The position numbers and the translations under genes were made by a program. This document shows, piece after piece, positions 41,300-50,013 of a stretch of DNA of 56,853 nucleotides. Origin of the DNA: Candidatus Woesearchaeota archaeon (GTDB taxonomy: Archaea; Nanobdellota; Nanobdellia; Woesearchaeales; WJKV01); NCBI GenBank assembly GCA_019323495.1, contig JAHWHE010000060.1, positions 1-56,853 of the forward strand, in the 5' to 3' direction. Every line of letters begins with the position of its first letter. Within the stretch, counting starts at the first letter, position 1. The notes under the pieces are model-generated. The model was not told the origin of the DNA. It saw only the letters and a list, made by a program, of their open reading frames with translations, and did not search any database.

Positions 41300-41318
41300 C
41301 TTAAACCCCTCCCCTCTT

Positions 41319-41771
41319 TTATTTTTTCAATAATCTGTTTATTTCCTCGACAAAAGTGTTGACGTCTGTGAATTCCCTGTATACAGATGCAAAGCGTATG
41401 TATGCAACCTTGTCCAATTGCATCAAAGCTTTCATCGCTTCCTCTCCTATCACTTTGCTAGGCACTTCTGTGTCTTTCATGTTTTTTATCTTTGTTTCAA
41501 TCTTATCTATCATCTCATCGATCTGGTCGAGCGTGACAGGCCGTTTCTCGCACGCTTTCAACAGCCCTTTTCTTACCTTGTCCCTGTCATATTGTTCTCT
41601 TTTCCCGTCCTTCTTTATGATTGTAAGGTCGATGTTTTCTACTCGTTCGTATGTCGTGTATCTTTTTGAACAGCTTAGGCACTCCCTTCTTCTTCTAGTG
41701 CTGTCAAAGTTAGGAGTCGCTCTCTTGTCAATGACTTTGCTCTCGGTTGTATTGCAGTAAGGACATTTCAT
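41319..41771 (-). CDS. nrdR: NrdR transcriptional repressor (zinc ribbon plus ATP-cone)
   Basis: MKCPYCN...RRRRECLSCSKRYTTYERVE followed by an ATP-cone (KKDGKREQYDRDKVRKGLLKACEKRP...AYIRFASVYREF). It lies 19 nt upstream of nrdJ on the same strand. Confidence 0.9.
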   Translation of the reverse strand: MKCPYCNTTESKVIDKRATPNFDSTRRRRECLSCSKRYTTYERVENIDLTIIKKDGKREQYDRDKVRKGLLKACEKRPVTLDQIDEMIDKIETKIKNMKDTEVPSKVIGEEAMKALMQLDKVAYIRFASVYREFTDVNTFVEEINRLLKK

Positions 41772-41816
41772 AGCTAACGCTACCTCTTTTCAATAATCTT
41801 TTGCACCTGTGGAGTA

Positions 41817-41832
41817 ACACAAGAAGTTGTGG
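41817..41832 (-). promoter_or_regulatory. candidate NrdR box 1
   Basis: The sense-strand sequence CCACAACTTCTTGTGT has perfect arms CACAA-N4-TTGTG. It matches 12/16 positions of the NrdR-box consensus acaCwAtATaTwGtgt, as I recall that consensus. Confidence 0.45.
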
Positions 41833-41848
41833 TTTTCACCTCTTTACA

Positions 41849-41864
41849 CCACAATATGCAGGGT
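41849..41864 (-). promoter_or_regulatory. candidate NrdR box 2
   Basis: The sense-strand sequence ACCCTGCATATTGTGG matches 12/16 positions of the recalled consensus. Its centre is 32 bp from the centre of box 1, the spacing typical of tandem NrdR boxes. Confidence 0.4.
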
Positions 41865-41881
41865 TCTTTAGATATTACCAG

Positions 41882-41893
41882 CTAATATTTAAG
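41882..41893 (-). promoter_or_regulatory. candidate TATA box of the nrdR-nrdJ operon (sense CTTAAATATTAG)
   Basis: AT-rich TATA-like element ~18 nt upstream of box 2. The expected transcription start would fall inside box 2. Confidence 0.35.
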
Positions 41894-41949
41894 TTTTTAT
41901 GTTATAAAAAATAGATACTAAAAATAGTGAAAAGAATTATTAAGGAAAA

Positions 41950-42192
41950 TCAGGCAGATTCTTCCTCTTTTTCTTCAATTGCCTCATTCATCTCTTTAAT
42001 CATCTGATCAATCTGCTCGTCATCCATGCCGTGTCCTTTGCACCCGTCTTCTATGCTTTCAAACGCAGCAACATGGCAGCCTACGCAATGCAGGCCATGA
42101 GACATCATGATTATGGCTGTTTCTGGATGCTCTCGCACTACTTCTCCAATCAGCATGTCTTTTGTGATCTTGTTTTTTTCTGCCATTTTCAT
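41950..42192 (-). CDS. DUF1858 / hybrid-cluster-protein-associated redox disulfide domain protein
   Basis: ITKDMLIGEVVREHPETAIIMMSHGLHCVGCHVAAFESIEDGCKGHG matches the DUF1858 pattern with CxxC. Confidence 0.7.
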   Translation of the reverse strand: MKMAEKNKITKDMLIGEVVREHPETAIIMMSHGLHCVGCHVAAFESIEDGCKGHGMDDEQIDQMIKEMNEAIEEKEEESA

Positions 42193-42193
42193 T

Positions 42194-42397
42194 TCATTCC
42201 TTCTTTTCGATCGTTATGCATTTGACAGGGCAGATCTCTTCTGCCTGCTGGTTCTTTGCAAGCTCTTTCTCGCTTATTATCTTTTTCTTTGGCTTGGCCT
42301 TCATGTCATCCATTTCCCAGTTCTCTTCGCACACGCTTGTGCAAGCCCCGCAGCCAATGCAGGCCTCCTGATCAAATTCAATCTCATATTTTGCCAT
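42194..42397 (-). CDS. fdx: small single-cluster 4Fe-4S ferredoxin
   Basis: CIGCGACTSVC ... CPVKC. 67 aa, 1 nt upstream of the DUF1858 gene. Confidence 0.8.
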   Translation of the reverse strand: MAKYEIEFDQEACIGCGACTSVCEENWEMDDMKAKPKKKIISEKELAKNQQAEEICPVKCITIEKKE

Positions 42398-42498
42398 GAT
42401 ATCACCTTTGCATAGAAATCCCAGACTGATTTAATAAGCTTTCGGAAGAAAAACATTTAAAAGCCAATACTGCTTCTAGAATAAAAAAGAGGTTAAAT

Positions 42499-43008
42499 AT
42501 GATAATCAAGGCAAAGGGCTTTATTCTAAGGCCACATAAACTCAGTGATGCTCAAAACATCTACAAGTATCAGCAAGACAAGGATGTTAAGAAGAATTTC
42601 ATGACTTTTCCTAAAAGTGTTGCAGAAGTTAAGAAAGAAATAAAAGAAAATAAGAAAAAGAGCAAGTTCATCAAAGAATCCTTTGTCATTGATGTTGATG
42701 GAGAGGCAATTGGTGAAGTTACTTTCAGCCAGCGTGATCCTCACCACAAGAAAAAGGTCAAGATGAGCATCTGGGTTGCGAAGAAGTGCAGGGGAAAAGG
42801 CATTGCGACAAAAGTTCTCAAATTAGTTACAAATTATGCATTCAAGAAATATAAGTTAGTAAGGATCGAGGCAAGTGTGAGAACTTTCAACAAGGCTTCT
42901 GCACGTGCAGCAGAAAAAGCAGGATTCAAGCTTGAAGGTATTTTGAGAAAGAATAAATATAAAAACGGCAAGTACGTAGATGACATGTTGTTTGCAATAG
43001 TAAAATAA
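42499..43008 (+). CDS. GNAT-family N-acetyltransferase (RimJ/RimL-like)
   Basis: ...WVAKKCRGKGIATKVLKLVTNYAFKKYKLVRIEASVRTFNKASARAAEKAGFKLEGILR is the acetyl-CoA-binding core. Confidence 0.85.
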   Translation: MIIKAKGFILRPHKLSDAQNIYKYQQDKDVKKNFMTFPKSVAEVKKEIKENKKKSKFIKESFVIDVDGEAIGEVTFSQRDPHHKKKVKMSIWVAKKCRGKGIATKVLKLVTNYAFKKYKLVRIEASVRTFNKASARAAEKAGFKLEGILRKNKYKNGKYVDDMLFAIVK

Positions 43009-43020
43009 AAAGAGGTAAAT

Positions 43021-44316
43021 ATGCGCATTACTAAAGTTTGGGCACGGGAGATTCTAGACAGCAGAGGTAATCCTACTGTTGAGGCAGAAGTTTACACCAA
43101 ACTAAAAAGAGCCCACGAGATGGTTCCGAGCGGTGCGAGTACTGGCGCACATGAAGCTCTTGAGCTCAGGGATGGCGGAAAGAGATATCATGGTCAGGGA
43201 GTCCAGAAAGCTGTTTCTAACATAAATACAAAGATTGCAAGAAAAATAATTGGAATGGACTGCACAAAACAGGGCGAGATAGACAGGACATTAATCGACT
43301 TAGACAGGACAAAGAACAAATCAAACTTGGGTGCGAATGCAATGCTCGCAGTCAGTCTCGCAACAGCAAGATTAGCAAGCAAGACCAAAAGCATTCCTAT
43401 GTATGAATATTTAGCAAAGAATGTGATCAAGACAAAAAGCCCGTGCCTGCTGCCGGTTCCTTTCATGAACATCATCAATGGAGGAAAGCACGCAGCAACA
43501 CATCTGGCGTTCCAGGAATACATGATCGTGCCGATAGGAAAGACTTTTTCAGAAAGCCTGCAGATAGGAACAGAAATATACCACAGTTTAAAGAAAATCA
43601 TAGCACAAAAGCACGGAAAGACGCAGACAAATGTAGGAGATGAAGGCGGTTTTGCACCAGACCTGCAAAAAGTAGAAGAGCCACTAAGATTGATAATGCT
43701 AGCAGCAGAAAAATTAGGCTACAGAAATAAAATAAAACTAGCGATTGACGCAGCAGCAACATCCTTCTACAGCAAGAACAGATATTTTGTAGACAAGAAG
43801 TATCTAACAACTCACGAACTGATGGAATTATACAAAGACCTTGTGAAATATTATCCAATCATCTCTATAGAAGATCCTTTTGCAGAAGATGATTTCGAAG
43901 CATTCTCAGAATTCATGTATGAATTGAGAACAAGCAAAAATAAAAAACACAGGCATCTGCAGGTTGTAGGAGACGACCTGACAGTCACGAACAAGGAAAG
44001 GATAGAAAAAGCAATCAAACTAAAGGCGTGCAATGCTCTTCTGCTTAAAGTAAACCAGATAGGAACATTGACAGAAGCGGTTGAAAGCGCAAAACTTGCA
44101 TTGAAAAATAAATGGAATGTCATGGTTAGCCACAGGAGCGGCGAGACAGAAGACCACTTCATCGCAGATCTGGCAGTTGCACTGGGATGCGGGCAGATAA
44201 AAACAGGCGCCCCTTGCAGAGGAGAAAGAACTGCGAAATATAATCAACTATTAAGGATAGAAGACAGATTAGGGAAAAAAGCACGTTATGCAGGCAGAAA
44301 TTTAAGAAAGCTTTAG
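43021..44316 (+). CDS. eno: enolase (phosphopyruvate hydratase)
   Basis: ITKVWAREILDSRGNPTVEAEV, SGASTGAHEALELRDG, LLLKVNQIGTLTE, MVSHRSGETED. Confidence 0.97.
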   Translation: MRITKVWAREILDSRGNPTVEAEVYTKLKRAHEMVPSGASTGAHEALELRDGGKRYHGQGVQKAVSNINTKIARKIIGMDCTKQGEIDRTLIDLDRTKNKSNLGANAMLAVSLATARLASKTKSIPMYEYLAKNVIKTKSPCLLPVPFMNIINGGKHAATHLAFQEYMIVPIGKTFSESLQIGTEIYHSLKKIIAQKHGKTQTNVGDEGGFAPDLQKVEEPLRLIMLAAEKLGYRNKIKLAIDAAATSFYSKNRYFVDKKYLTTHELMELYKDLVKYYPIISIEDPFAEDDFEAFSEFMYELRTSKNKKHRHLQVVGDDLTVTNKERIEKAIKLKACNALLLKVNQIGTLTEAVESAKLALKNKWNVMVSHRSGETEDHFIADLAVALGCGQIKTGAPCRGERTAKYNQLLRIEDRLGKKARYAGRNLRKL

Positions 44317-44327
44317 AATTAATAAAA

Positions 44328-45851
44328 ATGAAAAGACCAATCATACTTATCATTCTTGACGGATGGGGATTAAGAAAAGAAAGAGAAGGCAATGCAATTC
44401 TGCAGGCGAATACCCCTGTCTTTGATATTCTTTTGGAAGAATGTCCAAACAGCAGGTTGAAAGCGAGCGGAGAAGCAGTTGGCCTGCCAGAAAGATTCCA
44501 GGGAAACAGCGAAGTCGGCCACATGAACATCGGAGCAGGAAGAGTGATGGACGAGATGTTATTACGAATAAACAAGGCAATCAACAGGAAAGCATTCTTC
44601 AGGAATCCTGCATTATTAAAATCAATAGTGAATTGCCAGAACAGCAACAGCACACTGCATCTAATGGGGCTTCTACAGGATCAAGGAGTGCATGCAATGA
44701 ATACCCATCTATACGCATTGATAAAAATGGCAAGGATGTACAACATACAAGACATAAAAATACACATCTTTGCAGACGGAAGAGATACTCCGCCGAAATC
44801 TGTCCTGAAATACATCAGGGAATTAAAAAACAAGATAAAAGATTTGAAAATGGAATACAGGACAGAAATAGCAACAATCCAAGGAAGGTATTTTGCAATG
44901 GACAGGGACCAGAGATGGGACAGGGACAAATTATCCTATGATTGCCTGGCAGAAGCAAAAGGAAGAAAGGCAAACACTGTAGAGGAAGCAGTGCACATGG
45001 CTTATGAAAACAAGGAGACAGACGAATTCATAAAACCCACTGTGATAAAGAATTTCACAGGAATAAAAGACAAAGACAGCATCATCTTTTTCAATTACAG
45101 GTTGGACAGGGCAAGGCAATTGACGCATGCTTTTATAGATCCTAATTTCAAATTCTTCAGGCGAAAGAAACTAGACATAACATATACAGCATTTGCGCAT
45201 TACTATGATGAACTAGAGCATTGCAAGAACACTTACATTGCTTTCGAGCCGTTGAAAGTCAAAAATATTCTTGGAGAGGTCCTTGCAAACAACAATCTTA
45301 AGCAGTTAAGAATAGCAGAAACAGAGAAATATGCGCACGTCACTTTTTTCTTTAATAACGAAGATGAAACTCCATTCAAAGGAGAAGACAGGATCATTAT
45401 TCCGTCTCCAAAAGTTGCTACTTATGACTTGAGGCCAGAGATGAGCGCAAAAAAGATCACAGACAAAGTGATAAAACAATTGCCGAAATACGATGTCGTT
45501 ATCCTTAACTTTGCGAACGCAGACATGGTAGGCCACACAGGAGACATAAGGGCCGCAATAAGAGGAATAGAAACAGTCGACAATTGCATGGGAAGAATCC
45601 TAGAAAGGATAAGAGAGTTGAAAGGGATCGCAGTAATAACAGCAGACCATGGAAACGCAGAGCACATGGCAGGACAAACAGTGAAATCGCATACAACAAA
45701 TCCAGTTCCGTTCATAATCTACAATTACAAAGACAAAAAGCAAATAAAGCTAAAGAATGGTAAACTGGCAGACATAGCGCCGACTATGTTATTTTTATTG
45801 GGCATCAAAAAACCAATAGAAATGACTGGAAACTGTTTGATTACGCGCTGA
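44328..45851 (+). CDS. gpmI: 2,3-bisphosphoglycerate-independent phosphoglycerate mutase, bacterial GpmI type
   Basis: ILIILDGWG ... GNSEVGHMNIGAGR ... GLLQDQGVH ... FANADMVGHTG ... ITADHGNAE. Confidence 0.95.
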   Translation: MKRPIILIILDGWGLRKEREGNAILQANTPVFDILLEECPNSRLKASGEAVGLPERFQGNSEVGHMNIGAGRVMDEMLLRINKAINRKAFFRNPALLKSIVNCQNSNSTLHLMGLLQDQGVHAMNTHLYALIKMARMYNIQDIKIHIFADGRDTPPKSVLKYIRELKNKIKDLKMEYRTEIATIQGRYFAMDRDQRWDRDKLSYDCLAEAKGRKANTVEEAVHMAYENKETDEFIKPTVIKNFTGIKDKDSIIFFNYRLDRARQLTHAFIDPNFKFFRRKKLDITYTAFAHYYDELEHCKNTYIAFEPLKVKNILGEVLANNNLKQLRIAETEKYAHVTFFFNNEDETPFKGEDRIIIPSPKVATYDLRPEMSAKKITDKVIKQLPKYDVVILNFANADMVGHTGDIRAAIRGIETVDNCMGRILERIRELKGIAVITADHGNAEHMAGQTVKSHTTNPVPFIIYNYKDKKQIKLKNGKLADIAPTMLFLLGIKKPIEMTGNCLITR

Positions 45852-45951
45852 TTTCTGCAATTTCTCTAGCAGGGCCCTGCATTCTGCATCTCTTGCAGAG
45901 ACCGTGCTTGACTATTCTGAATGCTCTGCATTCTTCACAGTAATCTTCCAT
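45841..45951 (-). CDS. possible small zinc-ribbon protein (36 aa); not in the ORF track
   Basis: My translation: MEDYCEECRAFRIVKHGLCKRCRMQGPAREIAEISA*. It has two CxxC pairs and GGTGGAGAGG 5 nt upstream, starts 13 nt after the trmB-like stop, and overlaps the gpmI 3' end by 11 nt. Confidence 0.4.
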   Translation of the reverse strand: MEDYCEECRAFRIVKHGLCKRCRMQGPAREIAEISA

Positions 45952-45963
45952 TTTCCTCTCCAC

Positions 45964-46758
45964 CTATTTTTTCATTTCTTTCCATTGCTTCTCAAACATC
46001 TTTTGGAAGCTCTGGACAAAGAATTCGCTGTTCACTGTCACGCCAGTGTCATAGCCTGCATTGATTTCCTTATCATCAACAAGCATGAATGTTAATTTTT
46101 CACCGTCAACAATAACGAACCTTCCATCAACATTAGTATTCTTTATTTCTGCAAATTCCTTCAGTTCTGCAACAGCTGCTTTGCTTGCTTCAGTCATCTT
46201 TGCAGCGATTCTAACTTTAACTCCTTTTTTCTTAAGCTGTTTAAGGCTTCTTTTAAGAGCGTCTGCTTTACGCACAAGTCCTTCTGCTGTTGTGCAGATA
46301 ACTACTGAACTCTTTGCATTGTCAAGCAAATCTGTCAGATGATCGTAAATATTTGCTCTTCCTTTGATAGAAGCAGTCATCTCAGTCGGATCGATCTTTT
46401 CAATCCCTTGCGAATGTAGCAAATGCAATTCGCCCATGACTTCGCTCGCTTTCAATGATTCAATCTGCTCTGATTCTCTGTCAGCATCAATCTTGATTCT
46501 TTTTTGGACCCTTTTAACAACTTCTGATGGCGGAACTGCAATGTATTTTATTGGCTTGCCTATCTTCATTACAATAAAGCCTTTCTTTTCAAGACTTTCA
46601 AGAACATCATAAGCTCTTGATCTAGGAACATTTGAAATATCTGAAAGTTCTCCTGCTGTAGCAACACCCCTTGATAGTAATGCGGTCCATAATTTCGCCT
46701 GATAACTGTTTAGACCGAAATGTTTTAACTTGTCTAAAAAAGATGCCTCAACAATCAT
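45964..46758 (-). CDS. trmB: TrmB-family transcriptional regulator
   Basis: N-terminal wHTH LGLNSYQAKLWTALLSRGVATAGELSDISNVPRSRAYDVLESLEKKGFIV plus a TrmB-type C-terminal domain. Confidence 0.85.
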   Translation of the reverse strand: MIVEASFLDKLKHFGLNSYQAKLWTALLSRGVATAGELSDISNVPRSRAYDVLESLEKKGFIVMKIGKPIKYIAVPPSEVVKRVQKRIKIDADRESEQIESLKASEVMGELHLLHSQGIEKIDPTEMTASIKGRANIYDHLTDLLDNAKSSVVICTTAEGLVRKADALKRSLKQLKKKGVKVRIAAKMTEASKAAVAELKEFAEIKNTNVDGRFVIVDGEKLTFMLVDDKEINAGYDTGVTVNSEFFVQSFQKMFEKQWKEMKK

Positions 46759-46979
46759 TTTTGCATTCCTCCGTTATTTGTTCGTAAAAACCCCCCCTTT
46801 TCATCGAACTTTGGTAGTAAATATCAGTTATTTATAAAGCTTTCTTTGTAACACCACTCAAAAGGGACAACGGAAGAAATTCCACATAAAAGTGCCGAAA
46901 TCTTTAAATATAGCTGCCCTTCTTCACGTTCATAACCAAGTGATAGGCAAGCAGAAGCGGGCCTATACAGGAGGAAAAA

Positions 46980-47432
46980 ATGGCACGAATGTATAGTAGA
47001 AAGAAAGGAAAAGCTGGTTCTAAGAAACCCATGCAGAAAAAGCCTACTTGGGTCAGGCACAAACCAAAAGAAGTTGAGATGCTAGTTATCAAGCTGGCAA
47101 AACAGGGCAAGTCTGCAAGCCAGATAGGTCTTGCATTAAGAGATTCTTACGGAATTCCAGATGTCAGGTCAATCATGAAAAAGAAGATCACGCACATCCT
47201 GGATGAAAAGAAACTGCTGAAAAAACTTCCAGAAGACCTTGGTTCTTTGATCCAAAGAAGCATCGCGATCAGAAAGCATCTTGAAAAAAACAAGAAAGAT
47301 GCAACAGCTCTCAGAGGCAGACAGCTGACAGAAAGCAAGATCGGCAGACTGATCAAATACTACAAGAAAACAAAGAAGCTGCCATCAGACTGGAAATACA
47401 ATCCAGAAAAGGCAGAATTGTTAGTAGAATAA
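46980..47432 (+). CDS. rps15: 30S ribosomal protein S15 (uS15, S13e type)
   Basis: MARMYSRKKGKAGSKKP ... SASQIGLALRDSYGIPDV ... LPEDL..LI..A..IRKHLEKNKKD. SD-like CAGGAGGA upstream. Confidence 0.93.
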   Translation: MARMYSRKKGKAGSKKPMQKKPTWVRHKPKEVEMLVIKLAKQGKSASQIGLALRDSYGIPDVRSIMKKKITHILDEKKLLKKLPEDLGSLIQRSIAIRKHLEKNKKDATALRGRQLTESKIGRLIKYYKKTKKLPSDWKYNPEKAELLVE

Positions 47433-47480
47433 ATTTATTTTATTCTTTCTGTTTCTTTATTTTTATTTTCTAAAATTTTA
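47433..47480. terminator. T-rich spacer between convergent genes (candidate terminator)
   Basis: AATTTATTTTATTCTTTCTGTTTCTTTATTTTTATTTTCT. Confidence 0.3.
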
Positions 47481-47488
47481 AAAAACAA

Positions 47489-47755
47489 TTAAAGAAGATT
47501 CTTAGCAGCTTCTATGTGTTCAGCTACTTCTTTTCCTTTCTTTGTCAAACGCAATAGTTTCAAACGTCCTTGTTTTTCCCACTGGATCAGGTCTGCTTCC
47601 TGCATTTTCTGCAGGATCTTGACAACATGGGAATAAGTGCAGTCAACAGACTTTGCAAGAGAGGATGCATATGTAGTGTCTTTAGCATTCTTTAAATTGA
47701 CCAGCATCATTGCAGGCTTCTCCCTGAAAAAGATTTCGAAAATTTCCTTGTTCAT
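47489..47755 (-). CDS. small winged-helix transcriptional regulator
   Basis: TYASSLAKSVDCTYSHVVKILQKMQEADLIQWEKQGRLKLLRLTKKG is HTH plus wing. Confidence 0.65.
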   Translation of the reverse strand: MNKEIFEIFFREKPAMMLVNLKNAKDTTYASSLAKSVDCTYSHVVKILQKMQEADLIQWEKQGRLKLLRLTKKGKEVAEHIEAAKNLL

Positions 47756-47807
47756 AACAACCCCTCAGACATATATACTTTAGTATATCTATTGTAGAAC
47801 AACCTCC

Positions 47808-47826
47808 ATATTTAAACCTTTCGAAA
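47808..47826 (+). promoter_or_regulatory. candidate promoter (ATATTTAAACCTTTCGAAA) of the Rpp21 gene
   Basis: Same TATA+CTTTCG motif as at 857-872, ~52 nt upstream of the ATG at 47866. Confidence 0.35.
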
Positions 47827-47865
47827 TCATCAATCTTTATATAGAATTCAGCCATTACAGGCAGT

Positions 47866-48159
47866 ATGAAGCGCGAATCCGTACAAAAAACAGCACTTGA
47901 AAGAATAAAGCACCTGTTCAAGGAGGCTGAAAAAGCTTTCAAAGAGGATCCAAAGAGAGCAGACAGATACGTGCAATTGGCCAGAAAGATCTCAATGAAA
48001 GCCAATCTGAAGATTCCAAAATCACTGCAAAAAAGATTCTGCAAGCACTGCTACAAATTCTTGATGCCGGGAATTAATTGCAGAATTAGAACAAAAGAGA
48101 AAAAATTGATCTACTACTGCCAGAACTGCAAGAAATACATGAGATTCGTAATCAAGTAG
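47866..48159 (+). CDS. rnp4: RNase P protein component 4 (Rpp21/Rpr2)
   Basis: ERIKHLFKEAEKAF...ADRYVQLARKISMKANLKIPKSLQKRFCKHCYKFLMPGINCRIR...YCQNCKKY. This is helical Rpr2 plus a Zn ribbon. Confidence 0.85.
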   Translation: MKRESVQKTALERIKHLFKEAEKAFKEDPKRADRYVQLARKISMKANLKIPKSLQKRFCKHCYKFLMPGINCRIRTKEKKLIYYCQNCKKYMRFVIK

Positions 48160-48241
48160 TATATACGTATATTCTAGTCTATTTCAAATAAGAACAATTT
48201 CTAAATAACAAGAAATCAATATTAAATCTGGTGATGCAAGA

Positions 48242-48703
48242 ATGGAATTATCAGACAAAGACAAAAAATTGATTGCCTTATTAAGAAACAACTGTAGGCA
48301 AAAACTAACCAGACTGTCAAAAGAAACCAGGATACCTGTAAAACTCATACAGAACAAAATTCAAAATTATGAAGAAAAATTCATCGATAAACATGCGACA
48401 TTATTGCAATTTGAAAAATTAGGATATCTTACAAGAGTCAATATTACAATTGCAGTTGATGCATTGAGCAAGGAAGAAATGGAAAAATACCTTATCAGAA
48501 ACCCAAATGTAAATAATCTGTATCAGATAAATAATGGTTATGATTTTTTAATAGAAGCCATACTAAAAAATGACGAGCATCTGGACAAGTTCATCGAAGA
48601 TCTGGAAAAGCTATTCAACATAAAGAGAAAAGAATTTCAATACATTTTAAGAGACATCAAAAGAGAGAATTTCATGGCGAACAAGCACATCCCGATTAAT
48701 TAA
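48242..48703 (+). CDS. Lrp/AsnC-family transcriptional regulator
   Basis: LSDKDKKLIALLRNNCRQKLTRLSKETRIPVKLIQNKIQNYEEK followed by a RAM-like domain. Confidence 0.8.
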   Translation: MELSDKDKKLIALLRNNCRQKLTRLSKETRIPVKLIQNKIQNYEEKFIDKHATLLQFEKLGYLTRVNITIAVDALSKEEMEKYLIRNPNVNNLYQINNGYDFLIEAILKNDEHLDKFIEDLEKLFNIKRKEFQYILRDIKRENFMANKHIPIN

Positions 48704-48894
48704 TCTTCCTTTAGAAGATCTTCTTCCATCTTTTGTTTTACTAATTGTTTTAATTCTTGTGCCTGCTCTTCTACTTTCTGCAAGAAACTCAGATCAGAGA
48801 AACAGTCAGTTGCGCAGTCCTTGCAATAGACATCGCTGGTGTTCTTGATAATGTATTCTCCTTCTTCCCCGCAAATCAAGCATTTTTTCCCCAC
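48700..48894 (-). CDS. small zinc-ribbon protein with acidic helical tail
   Basis: CLICG...CKDC followed by a coiled acidic tail. Overlaps the convergent Lrp gene stop by 4 nt. Confidence 0.5.
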   Translation of the reverse strand: MGKKCLICGEEGEYIIKNTSDVYCKDCATDCFSDLSFLQKVEEQAQELKQLVKQKMEEDLLKED

Positions 48895-48978
48895 TCTATA
48901 TACTCAAAACAATTTTCTATTTATAAAAGTTTGCCTTATCGAGCAAAGTTTAAATATTGAAAAAAATTAAATCAGAAA

Positions 48979-49950
48979 ATGGGTATTGACTGGGATGAAT
49001 TCGACAAGCTAGATGAAAAAGCGCAGATGAAAATATTTCAAGATCTAGTAATGTCAAAGGATCAGCAATCACGCAATGAATTCGTTTTAGCAAATTTAGA
49101 TGAAATCGGGAAAAGATTTATGTTTGCAAAAAAATTCATGTTGCTCGATATTCTTCCAGAAGGCTTCTACAAGAAAAGTTATTGGGGAGTCGACACTTTC
49201 ACAGGAGAATCCGTTGTGATTTTAATTACAAAACCGGACGTAATCGAGCATAGAAAAATCAAAACAGATTTACCAGAAGAAATCATGTTCCGTAGAGAGT
49301 GTTTGGTAGCATATAACCTCAAGCATCCAAATCTCGCAGAATTTTATGAAGCAGGCACAACCCACGACGGGCAATCATATATCGCTTACAAATTCGATTT
49401 CAATCTTGAAAATAATCTGGAAAAATTTTTGACAGAATATGAATTAACAGCAAAGCAAGCAATCAAAGTGCTTTACAACATAAGTAGAGGTCTAGCTTAT
49501 CTTCATAATAACAGATTAATCCACGGCGATGTCAAAGCTTCAAACATCATAGTGTCTCCGAGAGACTTGTCTGCAAGATTAATAGATTTTGGAAACATCC
49601 AATTAGCAGGCAGAGAAAATCTAAAGCTTACTGGTTCGATTAGTTACACAGCGCCCGAGGTTCTTGACGGAAAAGAAATCACTGCAGCTGCAGATGTCTT
49701 TGGTTTAGGTGTGGTCGGCTACCAGATGCTCTACAGAAAACTTCCGTTTTCAGTCAGTCCAGAAGAATGGCCAGACGGATTGATAGAAAAGATAAAGACA
49801 GAAGAACCAAGAATAGACAAGAAATTCTATTTCCTGAAAAAGATGCTGGAAAAAGATCCAAAAAAACGGCTTCAGAGCGGGAAAGAATGCATGGATGAAT
49901 TATACTGGATAAGATATCTCCCCCTTATCTTTTTCGAGCCATTTTTTTAA
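48979..49950 (+). CDS. Hanks-type serine/threonine protein kinase
   Basis: Catalytic loop IHGDVKASNIIV, DFG (IDFGN), APE (YTAPEV). Confidence 0.85.
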   Translation: MGIDWDEFDKLDEKAQMKIFQDLVMSKDQQSRNEFVLANLDEIGKRFMFAKKFMLLDILPEGFYKKSYWGVDTFTGESVVILITKPDVIEHRKIKTDLPEEIMFRRECLVAYNLKHPNLAEFYEAGTTHDGQSYIAYKFDFNLENNLEKFLTEYELTAKQAIKVLYNISRGLAYLHNNRLIHGDVKASNIIVSPRDLSARLIDFGNIQLAGRENLKLTGSISYTAPEVLDGKEITAAADVFGLGVVGYQMLYRKLPFSVSPEEWPDGLIEKIKTEEPRIDKKFYFLKKMLEKDPKKRLQSGKECMDELYWIRYLPLIFFEPFF

Positions 49951-50013
49951 TATATACTTCCAGAAAAACTTATATACTAGAACTGCTACAAATATACAGA
50001 ACGGGGGTAAACT

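Noticed and set aside
41300-41318. Searched for a separate promoter or NrdR box directly in front of nrdJ
   Set aside because: The gap to nrdR is only 19 nt and contains just an SD-like GAGGGGAGGGG on the sense strand, so the genes are best read as one operon.
44159-44941. Overlapping ORFs 44159-44653 (minus) and 44441-44941 (plus, alternative frame) across the eno/gpmI junction
   Set aside because: Both lie inside or antisense to the clearly homologous gpmI and eno reading frames and have no motifs.
46824-47110. Minus-strand ORFs of 78 and 68 aa overlapping the S15 promoter and 5' end
   Set aside because: Low-complexity products that overlap the well-supported rps15 gene and its upstream region.
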